This document shows, piece after piece, positions 9,584 to 18,327 of a stretch of 64,000 nt of DNA. This DNA is from Clostridiales bacterium (lineage in GTDB: Bacteria > Bacillota > Clostridia > Oscillospirales > Oscillospiraceae), in the NCBI GenBank assembly GCA_004556345.1, contig SFHQ01000008.1, forward strand, positions 16,540 to 80,539, written 5' to 3'. The notes beneath the pieces were generated by a model. That model did no database searches. It was not told where the DNA came from and was given only the letters and a program-made list of their open reading frames with translations. The number at the start of each line of letters is the position of its first letter. Within the stretch, counting starts at the first letter, position 1. Both the position numbers and the translations under genes were made by a program.

Positions 9584-10444
9584 TTACTCCGCAGCCTTGG
9601 TCACGACCACCTGGGCGTTGTTGAAGTAGGGGTTGGTGCACTCCATGGAGTTCTTGACCTCGTCGGTGAGGGTCATGCCGTTCCAGACCACGTCGATGGA
9701 CTTGGAGTCCAGCTCCATGATCTTGTTGTCCCAGTTGATGACGGTGAACTCGATGTCCACGCCCAGCTTCTCGGCCACCAGCTTGGCCATGTCGGCGTCG
9801 AAGCCGATCCAGTTGCCGCTGGCGTCCTTGTAGTCCATCGGCTCGAACTCGGTGATGCCCACGACCAGCTTGCCCTTGTTCTGGATGTAAGCCACGTCGC
9901 CGTCGGTGGGGACGGTGTAGCTGGCGTCGGGGGCGGCCTGCTCGACCATGGCGTCGGCCAGCTTGTAGGTGTCGGCGACCTTCTTCATGGAGCCGTCGGC
10001 GTAGGTCTCGGCCAGGACGTTGTTGATGAAGGCGGCCAGGTCAGAGCCCTTGCGGCAGCCGATGCCGTACTCCTCGGTGGTGAGCTTCTGCTCTGCGTCG
10101 TAGGTCAGGTCGGGGTAGCTGGTGCCTTCGCCGGTCATGGCGGTGGCCATGAGCAGGTCGACGATGGCGGCGTCGGAGGTGCCGGCCTCGACCTCCATCA
10201 GGGCGTCGGCCTGGGCGGCCACGGAGTTGATCTCCCAGCCCTTTTCCTTGGCGGCGGCCTCGCCGGCGCTGCCGGTCTCGACGGCGTAGATCATGTCGGC
10301 GTTGGCATCGGTCTTGGTGTCGTTGGTGTCCGTGGCGGCGGTGTCGCCGTTCGTGTCAGCGGTGTCGTTGGACTGCCCGCCGCAGGCGGCCAGCAGGGTC
10401 ACGCACATCGTCGCGGCCAGCAGGATAGCAAGTAACTTTTTCAT
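9584..10444 (-). CDS. Amino acid ABC transporter substrate-binding lipoprotein (family 3), circularly permuted
   Basis: Lipobox LAAC. Family-3 motifs GFDADMA...LG..IEF...WD and EEYGIGCRKG are present but in swapped order. Confidence 0.88.
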   Translation of the reverse strand: MKKLLAILLAATMCVTLLAACGGQSNDTADTNGDTAATDTNDTKTDANADMIYAVETGSAGEAAAKEKGWEINSVAAQADALMEVEAGTSDAAIVDLLMATAMTGEGTSYPDLTYDAEQKLTTEEYGIGCRKGSDLAAFINNVLAETYADGSMKKVADTYKLADAMVEQAAPDASYTVPTDGDVAYIQNKGKLVVGITEFEPMDYKDASGNWIGFDADMAKLVAEKLGVDIEFTVINWDNKIMELDSKSIDVVWNGMTLTDEVKNSMECTNPYFNNAQVVVTKAAE

Positions 10445-10511
10445 GGTGTACAGCGCTCCGTTTCATTTCAAATTTTTCTGGGGTCCCCACGACAGGGCCA
10501 GCAAGAGTTTT

Positions 10512-10539
10512 TTAGCACTCTATCGTGGTAAAGCACTAA
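10512..10539. promoter_or_regulatory. Palindromic operator resembling the Firmicute HisR (YerC/TrpR-like) site
   Basis: TTAG-CACTCTA-TCGTGG-TAAAGCA-CTAA, about 70 bp upstream of the ABC operon; close to the YACTTTA-N6-TAAAGTR motif as recalled. Confidence 0.55.
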
Positions 10540-10558
10540 TAGAATACCATACCGGAAC

Positions 10559-10598
10559 AAAAAAGCAAGCCCCTGGGCGCATTTTTCCCAGGGGCTTG
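10559..10598 (-). terminator. Intrinsic terminator of the amidohydrolase gene
   Basis: caagcccctggg / cccaggggcttg stem with a T-run on the minus strand. Confidence 0.7.
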
Positions 10599-10640
10599 GA
10601 CAATTTAGGCGTTTTTCACAAAACCGACCGGAGGCGGGGC

Positions 10641-11729
10641 TCAGAGCTTCGCCGCGATCTCCTTCCAGAAGTCCGCCCCCACGGTCAGGATCGACTCGTC
10701 AAAGGTGAAGTCATCCGCGTGCAGCGCCGGGGCCGGGCCGCAGCCCAGGAAGAAGAACAGGGCGGGCAAATGCCGCTGGTACCAGGAGAAGTCCTCGGAA
10801 ATCATCACGGGCTTGTCCAGGATCTCAAAGTCCACCCCGGCGTTGCGCACCCGGTCAAACAGCTCGTCGGGGTTCCAGACGGCGGGGTAGCCGTCGTTGG
10901 CGTGGACGTCCACGGTACAGCCGGTCTCCTTCTCGATGTCCCGGCCAATGGCCCGCAGGCCCTCTTGCAGACCGAAGAAGACCTCGTCCTGAAAGGCCCG
11001 GAGACTGCCCAGCAACACCGTCTTGCCGCTGACGGCATTGCGCACCGTGCCACTCTCCATGCGGCCGAATTTCAGCAGACGATAAATATCGGGGGAGAGT
11101 TCTTTCTCCAGTGCCACGGCCCTGCGGTAAAACTCGACCCCGGCAGCCAGGGCGTCCAGCCCCTCCTCCGCCTTGGCAATGTGGCTGGACCGGCCCGTGA
11201 TGGTCACGGAGACCTCGCAGGAGCGGCTCATCATCTCCTTCTTCCGGGAGGCCACCACCCCAGCGGGCAGGGCAGGCCAGAGATGCAGGCCAAAGAGACA
11301 GGTCACGTTGTATTGCTCAAAGACCCCGCTCTGGCACAGGTCCTTGGCTCCCCCCGTCGTCTCCTCGGCGGGCTGGAAGATCAATAAGACATTATGCTTT
11401 AAGTCTTTCTGCTTATCCAGCCAAACGGCCAGGTCCAGGACCATGGACATGTGCCCATCGTGCCCGCAGGCGTGCATCTTGCCGGGGTGGGTGGAGGCAA
11501 AGGGCAGACCGGTCTGCTCCTGGATGGGGAGCGCATCGGCGTCACTGCGGAAGGCAATAGCATCGGCCTTCCCAAAGTCAAAAAAGGCGCACAGGGCGCC
11601 GGGGATGGGCGAAAACAGGGCACAGCCCAGAGGCTCCAGCACGCTGCGTAAGTAGGCCAGCGTCTCCGGCAGGTCCCGGTCCAGCTCCGGGATGCGGTGC
11701 AGCGCCCGGCGATATTCGATCACTTGCAT
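10641..11729 (-). CDS. M20 amidohydrolase, likely N-acetyldiaminopimelate deacetylase
   Basis: HRIPEL, RSDADALP, MHACGHDGH, FQPAEE, SEDFS; ATG 11729 with GAGGTG; divergent from dapH. Confidence 0.85.
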   Translation of the reverse strand: MQVIEYRRALHRIPELDRDLPETLAYLRSVLEPLGCALFSPIPGALCAFFDFGKADAIAFRSDADALPIQEQTGLPFASTHPGKMHACGHDGHMSMVLDLAVWLDKQKDLKHNVLLIFQPAEETTGGAKDLCQSGVFEQYNVTCLFGLHLWPALPAGVVASRKKEMMSRSCEVSVTITGRSSHIAKAEEGLDALAAGVEFYRRAVALEKELSPDIYRLLKFGRMESGTVRNAVSGKTVLLGSLRAFQDEVFFGLQEGLRAIGRDIEKETGCTVDVHANDGYPAVWNPDELFDRVRNAGVDFEILDKPVMISEDFSWYQRHLPALFFFLGCGPAPALHADDFTFDESILTVGADFWKEIAAKL

Positions 11730-11830
11730 AACAATCACCTCAATAAAAATCGCTTGCGACAGAAGAAAAAAGGTGTTATAGTACACCCATGTACTAGGAA
11801 AAATCGACCCCCAAAGGAGGATCTGAACCC

Positions 11831-12526
11831 ATGAACGCCCAGGAGATCATCGAACGCATCCGCACCGCCGAGAAGAAGACCCCGGTCAAGGTCTACCTGA
11901 CCGAGAAGGCCCCCATCGACTTCCCCAACGCCACCGTTTTCCCCTGCGGGGAGACGAAGCTCGTCTTCGGGGACTGGAAGGACATCCAGCCCGTCTTAGA
12001 CGCGAACAAGGACAACATCGCCCAGCTGGTCATTGAGAACGACAGCCGCAACTCTGCCATCCCCCTGTTGGACAAGAAGAACATCAACGCCCGCATCGAG
12101 CCGGGTGCCATTCTCCGCGAGCAGGTGGAGATCGGTGACAACGCCGTCATCATGATGGGTGCCGTCATCAACATCGGTGCCGTCATCGGGGCCGGTTCCA
12201 TGATCGACATGGGTGCCGTGCTGGGCGGCCGGGCCATCGTGGGCAAGAACTGCCACATCGGGGCCGGCACCGTCCTGGCCGGGGTCGTCGAGCCTGCCAG
12301 CGCCGTGCCCGTCATCATCGAGGATGATGTCGTCATCGGGGCCAACGCCGTGGTCCTGGAGGGCTGCCGCGTGGGTAAGGGTGCCGTCGTCGCCGCCGGT
12401 GCCGTGGTCGTCAGCGACGTGGAGCCCAACACCGTGGTCGCCGGCATCCCCGCCAAAGTCCTCAAGGGCAAGGACGGCAAGACCGCCGAAAAGACCGCCC
12501 TCGTCGACGCCCTGCGCGAGCTGTAA
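11831..12526 (+). CDS. dapH: 2,3,4,5-tetrahydropyridine-2,6-dicarboxylate N-acetyltransferase
   Basis: MNAQEII...[27 protein letters not shown] and hexapeptide repeats; RBS AAGGAGG. Confidence 0.93.
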   Translation: MNAQEIIERIRTAEKKTPVKVYLTEKAPIDFPNATVFPCGETKLVFGDWKDIQPVLDANKDNIAQLVIENDSRNSAIPLLDKKNINARIEPGAILREQVEIGDNAVIMMGAVINIGAVIGAGSMIDMGAVLGGRAIVGKNCHIGAGTVLAGVVEPASAVPVIIEDDVVIGANAVVLEGCRVGKGAVVAAGAVVVSDVEPNTVVAGIPAKVLKGKDGKTAEKTALVDALREL

Positions 12527-12597
12527 CTCAAGAATTTTGCGGGCTCCACAACCCCTACCCGACTTCACAGGGGGCCGCAACCCCCTATATAAATTTC

Positions 12598-12623
12598 GTA
12601 GGGGCCGCAGACCCCTGCGGCCC
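12598..12623 (+). repeat. GTAG-type REP element (GTAGGGGCCGCAGACCCCTGCGGCCC)
   Basis: GTAG foot plus 9-bp stem hairpin; recurs 11 times between 12.6 and 30.6 kb. Confidence 0.85.
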
Positions 12624-13892
12624 TCAGGCTCTCCCATCCCGGAGAGCCTGTTTTTTATCCCCCACCGGCAGCCAGATCTCCCCCCGAAACCTTGTCCCGT
12701 CCGAAAAAACCGCCCGTCCCCCATGCGCCTGTGCGATTTGGGAAACCAGCTTCCGCCCCGTCCCATGGGGCGCACCGCCGTCTTGGTCAGAGGGCTGGGC
12801 CTGGGCCTGGCCGGTCTGGTTTTCGACCCAGAGAACGCAGGTGGGGGATGGCGGGCCGCAGGGGTCTGCGGCCCCGACGGAGTTGGTCACACCCAGACAG
12901 ATCACACTGCCGGGCGGGGCGTGGCGGGCGGCGTTGAGCAGTAAGTTGTTGAGCGCACGGCGCAGGAGAAAGGCATCCGCCTCTATCCTTGGCAGAGGCG
13001 CTTTCGGCAGACGCAGGTCTAAGTCTACCTCATGTTCCAGGCCGCTGTTCAAAAAGTCTGCCGCCGTCTGGCGTAAGAACGGGGCCAGCTCCAACGGCGC
13101 TTTCCGGAGCGCCTGCATCTCACAATCCAAGCGCATGGTCAGGTTCAAATCATTCACCAGATCTCGAATCGTCTGGCTCTGGCGGCGGATGATGGCCGCC
13201 TGCTTTCTAGCTTGCTCCGGCAAGGCAGGGTTCTCCTCCAACTGCCCCGCGTAGCCCATGACCATGCTCAGCGGCGTGCGGATGTCGTGGGACACCCCGC
13301 TGATCCAGTTCGACCTTGCCTCATCCCGCCCCCGCTGTTCCCGGCGGAACTGCCGCCGCAGGAGCAGACCAGCCAGGGCCAGCACGCAAAACAGCGCCAG
13401 GAAAAACATCCCCATCAGCCAGCCGGGGAGCCAGGCCATGAAGCGCTGGGAAAATTCCACGCTGTATTTCCAAAGGCTCCCCTTCTCCTGTCCTGCCAGC
13501 AATAGCCCATCCCCTCGCGCCAGGCTTTGCACGGGGTAATCCATCAGGTACCAACGGGAAAAGCTCGCCACCTGGCCGAGGGTGTAGTGGGTGGGCAGCT
13601 CGTCGGGCTTGTTCCACTGCCAGACGACGTTTCCATCGGCATCTAAGAGCAGCATCCACGCGGCGGCGTCCTGGGGCAGATCGAAGTTTTGGAGCGTATA
13701 GCTCCCGTCCGCCTCCTGCGTCAGGGCTTGGGACACGTCCCGCAAGGCTCCCAGGCTGGAGGCCTGCCCCTCGCCCGTCTGCCAGGCCAGAAGCACAATG
13801 CCCCCCAGAAACACCAGCACCGTCACCCCCACGGACAGGGCCAGCAGGCCCGCCCAGCGCCCCAGGTTTTGGAGCTTCCATGGCGTTCTCAT
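12624..13892 (-). CDS. Sensor histidine kinase (LanK-like) with a degenerate ATPase domain
   Basis: Two TM segments, H-box VSHDIRTPL, N-box LNNLLLNAARH; G boxes aberrant (ENQTG, HGTGRKLV). Confidence 0.85.
   Translation of the reverse strand: MRTPWKLQNLGRWAGLLALSVGVTVLVFLGGIVLLAWQTGEGQASSLGALRDVSQALTQEADGSYTLQNFDLPQDAAAWMLLLDADGNVVWQWNKPDELPTHYTLGQVASFSRWYLMDYPVQSLARGDGLLLAGQEKGSLWKYSVEFSQRFMAWLPGWLMGMFFLALFCVLALAGLLLRRQFRREQRGRDEARSNWISGVSHDIRTPLSMVMGYAGQLEENPALPEQARKQAAIIRRQSQTIRDLVNDLNLTMRLDCEMQALRKAPLELAPFLRQTAADFLNSGLEHEVDLDLRLPKAPLPRIEADAFLLRRALNNLLLNAARHAPPGSVICLGVTNSVGAADPCGPPSPTCVLWVENQTGQAQAQPSDQDGGAPHGTGRKLVSQIAQAHGGRAVFSDGTRFRGEIWLPVGDKKQALRDGRA
12853..12878 (-). repeat. REP copy inside the histidine kinase CDS
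   Basis: Reverse complement reads GTCGGGGCCGCAGACCCCTGCGGCCC; translated as VGAADPCGP. Confidence 0.85.
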
Positions 13893-14581
13893 GGCCGTTC
13901 CTCCCGCACCAGGCGATAGCCCAGGCCCCGGACGGTTTTCAGATACTTGGGGTGGGAGGGGTCGGCTTCCAGCTTCTCCCGCAGGCGGCGGATGTGGACC
14001 ATGAGCGTATTTTCATAGCCCACCAAGGGTCCGGTCCAAAGAGCAGCGCACAGGGCGTCGATGGTGACGATGTTCCCCCGGTTGGCCCAGAGGGTCTTGA
14101 GGAGCGTGAACTCTTTGGCCGTCAGGGGAATTTCTCTCCCCGCTCGTCTCAAGACACCTGCACCCCAGCAAAGCTCTGTCTCGCCCAGCCGGTCTGCTTC
14201 CGGCGGAGCAGGCTGGCGGTAGACCCGCCGCAGGACAGCGCCTAAGCGGAGCAAGAGCTCCTGGGCCAGAAAGGGCTTGGTGATGTAATCATCCGCCCCC
14301 AGGCCCAGGCCCCGGAGCCGGTCGGCGTCCTCATCTCTCGCAGAGAGGAAGAGAACGGGCAAATCGGCCAGGTCCCGCAGTTGGCCCAGCAGGGCAAAGC
14401 CGTCCCCGTCGGGGAGCATGACATCTAAGAGAACCCCGTCCGGCAGCTTCGCCCGGCTCTGTTGGAGCGCCTGGACGCAAGTTCCCGCCAAACGGACGGT
14501 ATAGCCCGCACCCGCTAAAATGTCCTGCACCATCTCCCGCAGGCCCGGCTCGTCATCTACGACCAGAATATCATACGCCAT
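13889..14581 (-). CDS. OmpR-family response regulator (LanR-like)
   Basis: MAYDILVVDDE, LDVMLPDG, GADDYITKPF, YLKTVRGLGY; RBS GAGGAGGG. Confidence 0.93.
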   Translation of the reverse strand: MAYDILVVDDEPGLREMVQDILAGAGYTVRLAGTCVQALQQSRAKLPDGVLLDVMLPDGDGFALLGQLRDLADLPVLFLSARDEDADRLRGLGLGADDYITKPFLAQELLLRLGAVLRRVYRQPAPPEADRLGETELCWGAGVLRRAGREIPLTAKEFTLLKTLWANRGNIVTIDALCAALWTGPLVGYENTLMVHIRRLREKLEADPSHPKYLKTVRGLGYRLVREERP

Positions 14582-14651
14582 GGTCCATCCCTCCTCGTTT
14601 CTTCCCTCAGTATAGCATCTCCCCCGCCCCGCTGGGGGCCTTTTTGCAAAA

Positions 14652-14669
14652 CGTAAGGAAAGCGTAAGG
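14652..14669 (+). promoter_or_regulatory. Direct repeat CGTAAGG-N4-CGTAAGG, probable response-regulator site
   Basis: Perfect 7-mers at 11-bp period upstream of the ABC operon; typical geometry for OmpR-family boxes. Confidence 0.6.
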
Positions 14670-14732
14670 TCCCCTTCATGGGCCGGTAAGATAGGGGGTG
14701 TATGCTGGGGGCCAGTGAAGGAGGGATCGACC

Positions 14733-15647
14733 ATGCCGATCATCGAAACCAACGGGCTGTGCAAACGCTACGGGCACGCCCTGTCCGTCCACGACCTGGC
14801 TCTGCGGGTGCCGGAGGGGAGCGTCTACGGCTTCTTAGGCCCCAACGGGGCGGGCAAATCCACCACGTTAAAAATGATCCTGGGCCTCGTCCGCCCCACG
14901 GCGGGAGGAATCACCGTGTTTGGCAAGCCCATGAACGGAGCAAACCGCCTGACCATTTTACAGCAGGTAGGCAGTCTCATCGAAAGCCCCAGCTACTACG
15001 GGCACCTCACCGGGGAAGAAAATCTCCGCGTTGTGCAGACCTTGCGGGGCTTGCCCCGCTCGGACGTTTCCCAGGTCTTAGACCTCGTGCGGCTGACCGG
15101 CCAGGGGAAGAAGCAGGCCGCGCACTATTCCTTAGGTATGAAACAGCGTCTTGGCTTGGCCGCTGCCCTGCTGGGCTTTCCCAAGCTGCTCATCTTAGAC
15201 GAACCCACCAACGGCTTAGACCCGGCTGGCATCCAGGAGATGCGGGAACTCATCCGCTCCCTCCCCCGCCGGTTCGGGATGACGGTGGTCGTCTCCAGCC
15301 ACTTGCTGGGGGAGATCGACCAGATGGCCGATCAAGTGGGCATCATCCGGTCCGGGGAGCTGGTCTTTCAGGACAGCCTGGCCGCCCTGCACCAGCGGAG
15401 TGAGCCGCACCTGGCCTTGAAAACCACGGACAATCAAAAGGCCGGAGACCTGCTCACCCGCCTAGGTCTTCTCTGGCAAGCCGAGGGAGAAAGCCTCCTC
15501 CTCCCGCCCCTGCCCGATGAACGGGTGGCCCAGCTCTGTCAAACGCTGGTCCAAAACCACTGCGGCCTGCTCCGCTTAGAGGAACGGCAAAAGAGCCTGG
15601 AAGACATCTTCCTGGCCCTCACCGGTGGGAAGGAGGGGAGCTTATGA
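14733..15647 (+). CDS. Lantibiotic/peptide-antibiotic resistance ABC ATP-binding protein (LanF/BcrA-like)
   Basis: GPNGAGKST, GSLIESP (E-loop), YSLGMKQRLG, LDEPTNGLDP, SSHLL, SLEDIFL. Confidence 0.9.
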   Translation: MPIIETNGLCKRYGHALSVHDLALRVPEGSVYGFLGPNGAGKSTTLKMILGLVRPTAGGITVFGKPMNGANRLTILQQVGSLIESPSYYGHLTGEENLRVVQTLRGLPRSDVSQVLDLVRLTGQGKKQAAHYSLGMKQRLGLAAALLGFPKLLILDEPTNGLDPAGIQEMRELIRSLPRRFGMTVVVSSHLLGEIDQMADQVGIIRSGELVFQDSLAALHQRSEPHLALKTTDNQKAGDLLTRLGLLWQAEGESLLLPPLPDERVAQLCQTLVQNHCGLLRLEERQKSLEDIFLALTGGKEGSL

Positions 15648-16393
15648 CCCTCCTGCGCTTAGAGTTTTTCAAGGGGCGGCGGCGGAAAATCGCTCTCATC
15701 TGCCTGGCTTGTCTGGGATTACAAACTGCCTGGATGTGCGTCAACCTGCTCCGCATGGAGCCGGAGGAGCTTGCGCAGGGCTGGATGCAGCTGGTCTATA
15801 CCCTCCTGCTGGTGGACGCCATCACCCTCCCCCTGACCATGGCAGCTCTCGCCAGCCGGACTTGTGAGCTGGAACACAAGGAAAACACCTGGAAGCTCTT
15901 GGAGACGCTGGCCCGGCCCCAGGCCCTCTATCGGGCCAAGCTCACTTGGGGTGCCATTCTCATCCTGGGGATGCTGGTGGTGGAAATGGCGCTCTTTGTC
16001 TGCTTCGGCCTGGCCCTGGGCTTTCCTCGTGAAATCCCCTGGGGCAAGCTGGGCCTCACGGTGGGCAATGTGTTTCTCGTCTCCCTGGGCATCTATGCGT
16101 TACAGCTGGGCTTGTCCCTGCGGTTCGTGAACCAGGCTGCACCCTTGGCCGTTGGGATTTTGGGGAGCTTTACGGGGCTGTTCATCCTCTTCTTTCCCCA
16201 GTGGGCGCAGCGGTGCCTGCCGTGGGGGTATTACGGCGTGCTGTTGCAGGCCGAGATGCTTTGGGACCCCGTGACCCGCAACGTATCCTATGCCTGGCTT
16301 CACACGGCCCCGTCGGACTATGGCTTGCTGGCCCTGTGGCTGGTGGTGCTGTTCGCGTTCAGCTACCGGGTCTTCGTGCGAAAGGAGGTGTGA
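15644..16393 (+). CDS. ABC-2 type permease (LanE/LanG-like)
   Basis: LEFFKGRR start, ELEHKENTWK...YRAK, CLPWGY; about six TM segments. Confidence 0.8.
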   Translation: MTLLRLEFFKGRRRKIALICLACLGLQTAWMCVNLLRMEPEELAQGWMQLVYTLLLVDAITLPLTMAALASRTCELEHKENTWKLLETLARPQALYRAKLTWGAILILGMLVVEMALFVCFGLALGFPREIPWGKLGLTVGNVFLVSLGIYALQLGLSLRFVNQAAPLAVGILGSFTGLFILFFPQWAQRCLPWGYYGVLLQAEMLWDPVTRNVSYAWLHTAPSDYGLLALWLVVLFAFSYRVFVRKEV

Positions 16394-16396
16394 GGG

Positions 16397-17125
16397 ATGC
16401 TCCTTCGTGCGTTACGGGGGGAACTGCTGAAAGGCCGCCGCAATCCCGTCTGGCTGGTCTTTCTCGTCCTGCCCCTGTTCCCGGCCGTGCTGGGGACGAT
16501 GAACTATCTGGGCAACGTCAGCGTCTTGACCGACGGCTGGTACAGCCTTTGGACCCAGCACACGCTCTTTTCCGCCAGTCTCTTCCTGCCCGCCCAGTTC
16601 GGCGTGTTCTGCGCCTGGCAGTGGCGGCTGGAACACAGCGGGAGCAACTGGAACGCCTGCCGCTCTGCCCCAATCTCCGCCGGGGCCTTGTATGGCAGCA
16701 AGTTTTTGCTGGCTGTTTTTGTCTCAGCGTTGGCCCAGGTCTGCATCGGGGGGCTGTATGTCCTGGGTGGCAGGCTGGCGGGGCTGACAGGTCCTGTCCC
16801 GGCGGAGCTGGTAAGCTGGCTCCTGGGCGGCTTTGTGGGCGGCGTGACGGTGTGCAGTGTGCAGCTTTTCTTGAGCCTGATCCTGCGGGTCTTCGCCCTG
16901 CCCGTAGGCATCGGCCTGGCCGGGGGCCTTGGGGGGATGCTGCTCCTGGTGAAAGGCTACGGGCTGTACTTTCCCTACTCCCTGCTCTGCCTGGGAATGC
17001 GGGCCAACAACACGAAATTGGTGTTGCCCGTGGGGCAGTTCCTGGTGACGTGCCTGCTCTGTATCCTCGTCTTCTCGTTCCTGTCTATCCAGTGGATCAA
17101 GAAGCGGGATGTGACGACCGGTTAA
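16397..17125 (+). CDS. ABC-2 type permease (LanE/LanG-like)
   Basis: LRGELLKGRR, LEHSGSNW...YGSK, YFPYS; about six TM segments. Confidence 0.8.
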   Translation: MLLRALRGELLKGRRNPVWLVFLVLPLFPAVLGTMNYLGNVSVLTDGWYSLWTQHTLFSASLFLPAQFGVFCAWQWRLEHSGSNWNACRSAPISAGALYGSKFLLAVFVSALAQVCIGGLYVLGGRLAGLTGPVPAELVSWLLGGFVGGVTVCSVQLFLSLILRVFALPVGIGLAGGLGGMLLLVKGYGLYFPYSLLCLGMRANNTKLVLPVGQFLVTCLLCILVFSFLSIQWIKKRDVTTG

Positions 17126-17959
17126 TTACAGCTCCTCGTCAAAGATCTCGCCCTTGGCGACCAGGTTCGTGGGGCCGGTCAAAAACAGGCCGGTGATGGT
17201 ATCGTTCTCCTGCTCCACGTCCACGGTCAGGGTCCCGCCGGGCATATCCACCTGGACCTGCTTGCCGCTGACGAGGCCCCGCTTGGTCAGGACGGTGACG
17301 ACGCTGCCGGTGCCTGTGCCGCAGGCCAGGGTGAAGTCCTCCACCCCCCGCTCGTAGGTCTTTTCCAGCACATGGTCCTGGCCCAGCATGTCGTAGAAAT
17401 TCACGTTGGCCCCCTTGGGGAAGCCCTCGAAATCACGCAGGGCGCGGCCCAGCTTGAAGAGAAGGTCGTTGTCCGCGTTGGCCAGGCCGGGCCAGTGGAC
17501 GACGGCGTGGGGCAGGCCGGGGTTGCCCAGCTCGACGTAGCCGCAGGGGATCTCCTCCCCGCCGATCATAGCGGTGCGGTCCAGGTCGATCACGGTGGGG
17601 TCGTTCAGGCGGACGCGATACTGGCGACGGTCGATGCGCTCGCCGATGACGAGGCCCGCCGTCGTCTCCACCTTCTGGATGGGGCCGGACAGGCCCGTCT
17701 CATAGCCATAGCGGCAGATGCAGCGGGCACCGTTGCCGCACATCTCGCCCACGGAGCCGTCGCTGTTGAAGAATAACATGCGGAAGTCCCCCTCGCCCTG
17801 GGCCTGGTCCACGACCATGAAGCCGTCGGCCCCCAGGGAGCGGTGGGGGGTGCAGAGGGTCTTGGCGATGCGGGGGAAGGCTTCGGGGGGCAGGCCCTCC
17901 TCCAGGTTGTTGAGGATGATGAAGTCGTTGCCGGCTCCGTTCATTTTCCAGAATTTCAT
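17126..17959 (-). CDS. dapF: Diaminopimelate epimerase
   Basis: KMNGAGNDF, NSDGSVGEMCGNGARC, GNPGLPH, GANVNF, ERGVEDFTLACGTG. Confidence 0.95.
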   Translation of the reverse strand: MKFWKMNGAGNDFIILNNLEEGLPPEAFPRIAKTLCTPHRSLGADGFMVVDQAQGEGDFRMLFFNSDGSVGEMCGNGARCICRYGYETGLSGPIQKVETTAGLVIGERIDRRQYRVRLNDPTVIDLDRTAMIGGEEIPCGYVELGNPGLPHAVVHWPGLANADNDLLFKLGRALRDFEGFPKGANVNFYDMLGQDHVLEKTYERGVEDFTLACGTGTGSVVTVLTKRGLVSGKQVQVDMPGGTLTVDVEQENDTITGLFLTGPTNLVAKGEIFDEEL

Positions 17960-18001
17960 GGTGTTGTCTCACTTTCTCAAGTTGGGTGGGCGGGCCGCGG
18001 C

Positions 18002-18027
18002 GGGCCGCAGAGGTCTGCGGCCCCTAC
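18002..18027 (-). repeat. REP element in the dapF 5' region; partial copy at 18045-18060
   Basis: gggccgcagaggtctgcggcccctac is the reverse complement of the REP consensus. Confidence 0.85.
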
Positions 18028-18121
18028 AAAAAATTAAAATAAAAAGGTCTGCGGCCCCATAGGGTTAAACTCATTATACTGCTGAGAAATGGACAAGGCC
18101 AGAAAAATGCCGCTGGACCCC

Positions 18122-18150
18122 TTGACAAAAAAGCGCGGGGATGCTATCTT
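18122..18150 (+). promoter_or_regulatory. Sigma-A promoter of the sodium:solute symporter
   Basis: TTGACA-17 bp-TATCTT with an extended TG. Confidence 0.7.
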
Positions 18151-18220
18151 AAATTTGTACAAACTGTTTCGCTGTTTCCCACAGAGACGAGCGGTCACCC
18201 CCGCCCGTGTGATCTGTTTG

Positions 18221-18268
18221 AAAGCCGGCAAATGGACGTGCGTTCACGCACCCATTGTCGGCTTTTTT
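18221..18268 (+). terminator. Intrinsic terminator within the symporter 5' leader (attenuator)
   Basis: agccggcaaatgg-acgtgcg ttca cgcac-ccattgtcggct followed by a T-run, between promoter and RBS. Confidence 0.75.
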
Positions 18269-18327
18269 GTGCGTCTGCGGCAGGTGGTACCCCAAAGAGA
18301 GCGTTCATCACAAAGGGAGAGGATCGT

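Noticed and set aside
10512..10539. CIRCE (HrcA) element
   Set aside because: The left arm TTAGCACTC matches, but the right arm is not GAGTGCTAA, and the downstream genes are not chaperones.
17960..18120. Lysine riboswitch upstream of dapF
   Set aside because: The leader is short, occupied by REP copies, and lacks L-box features.
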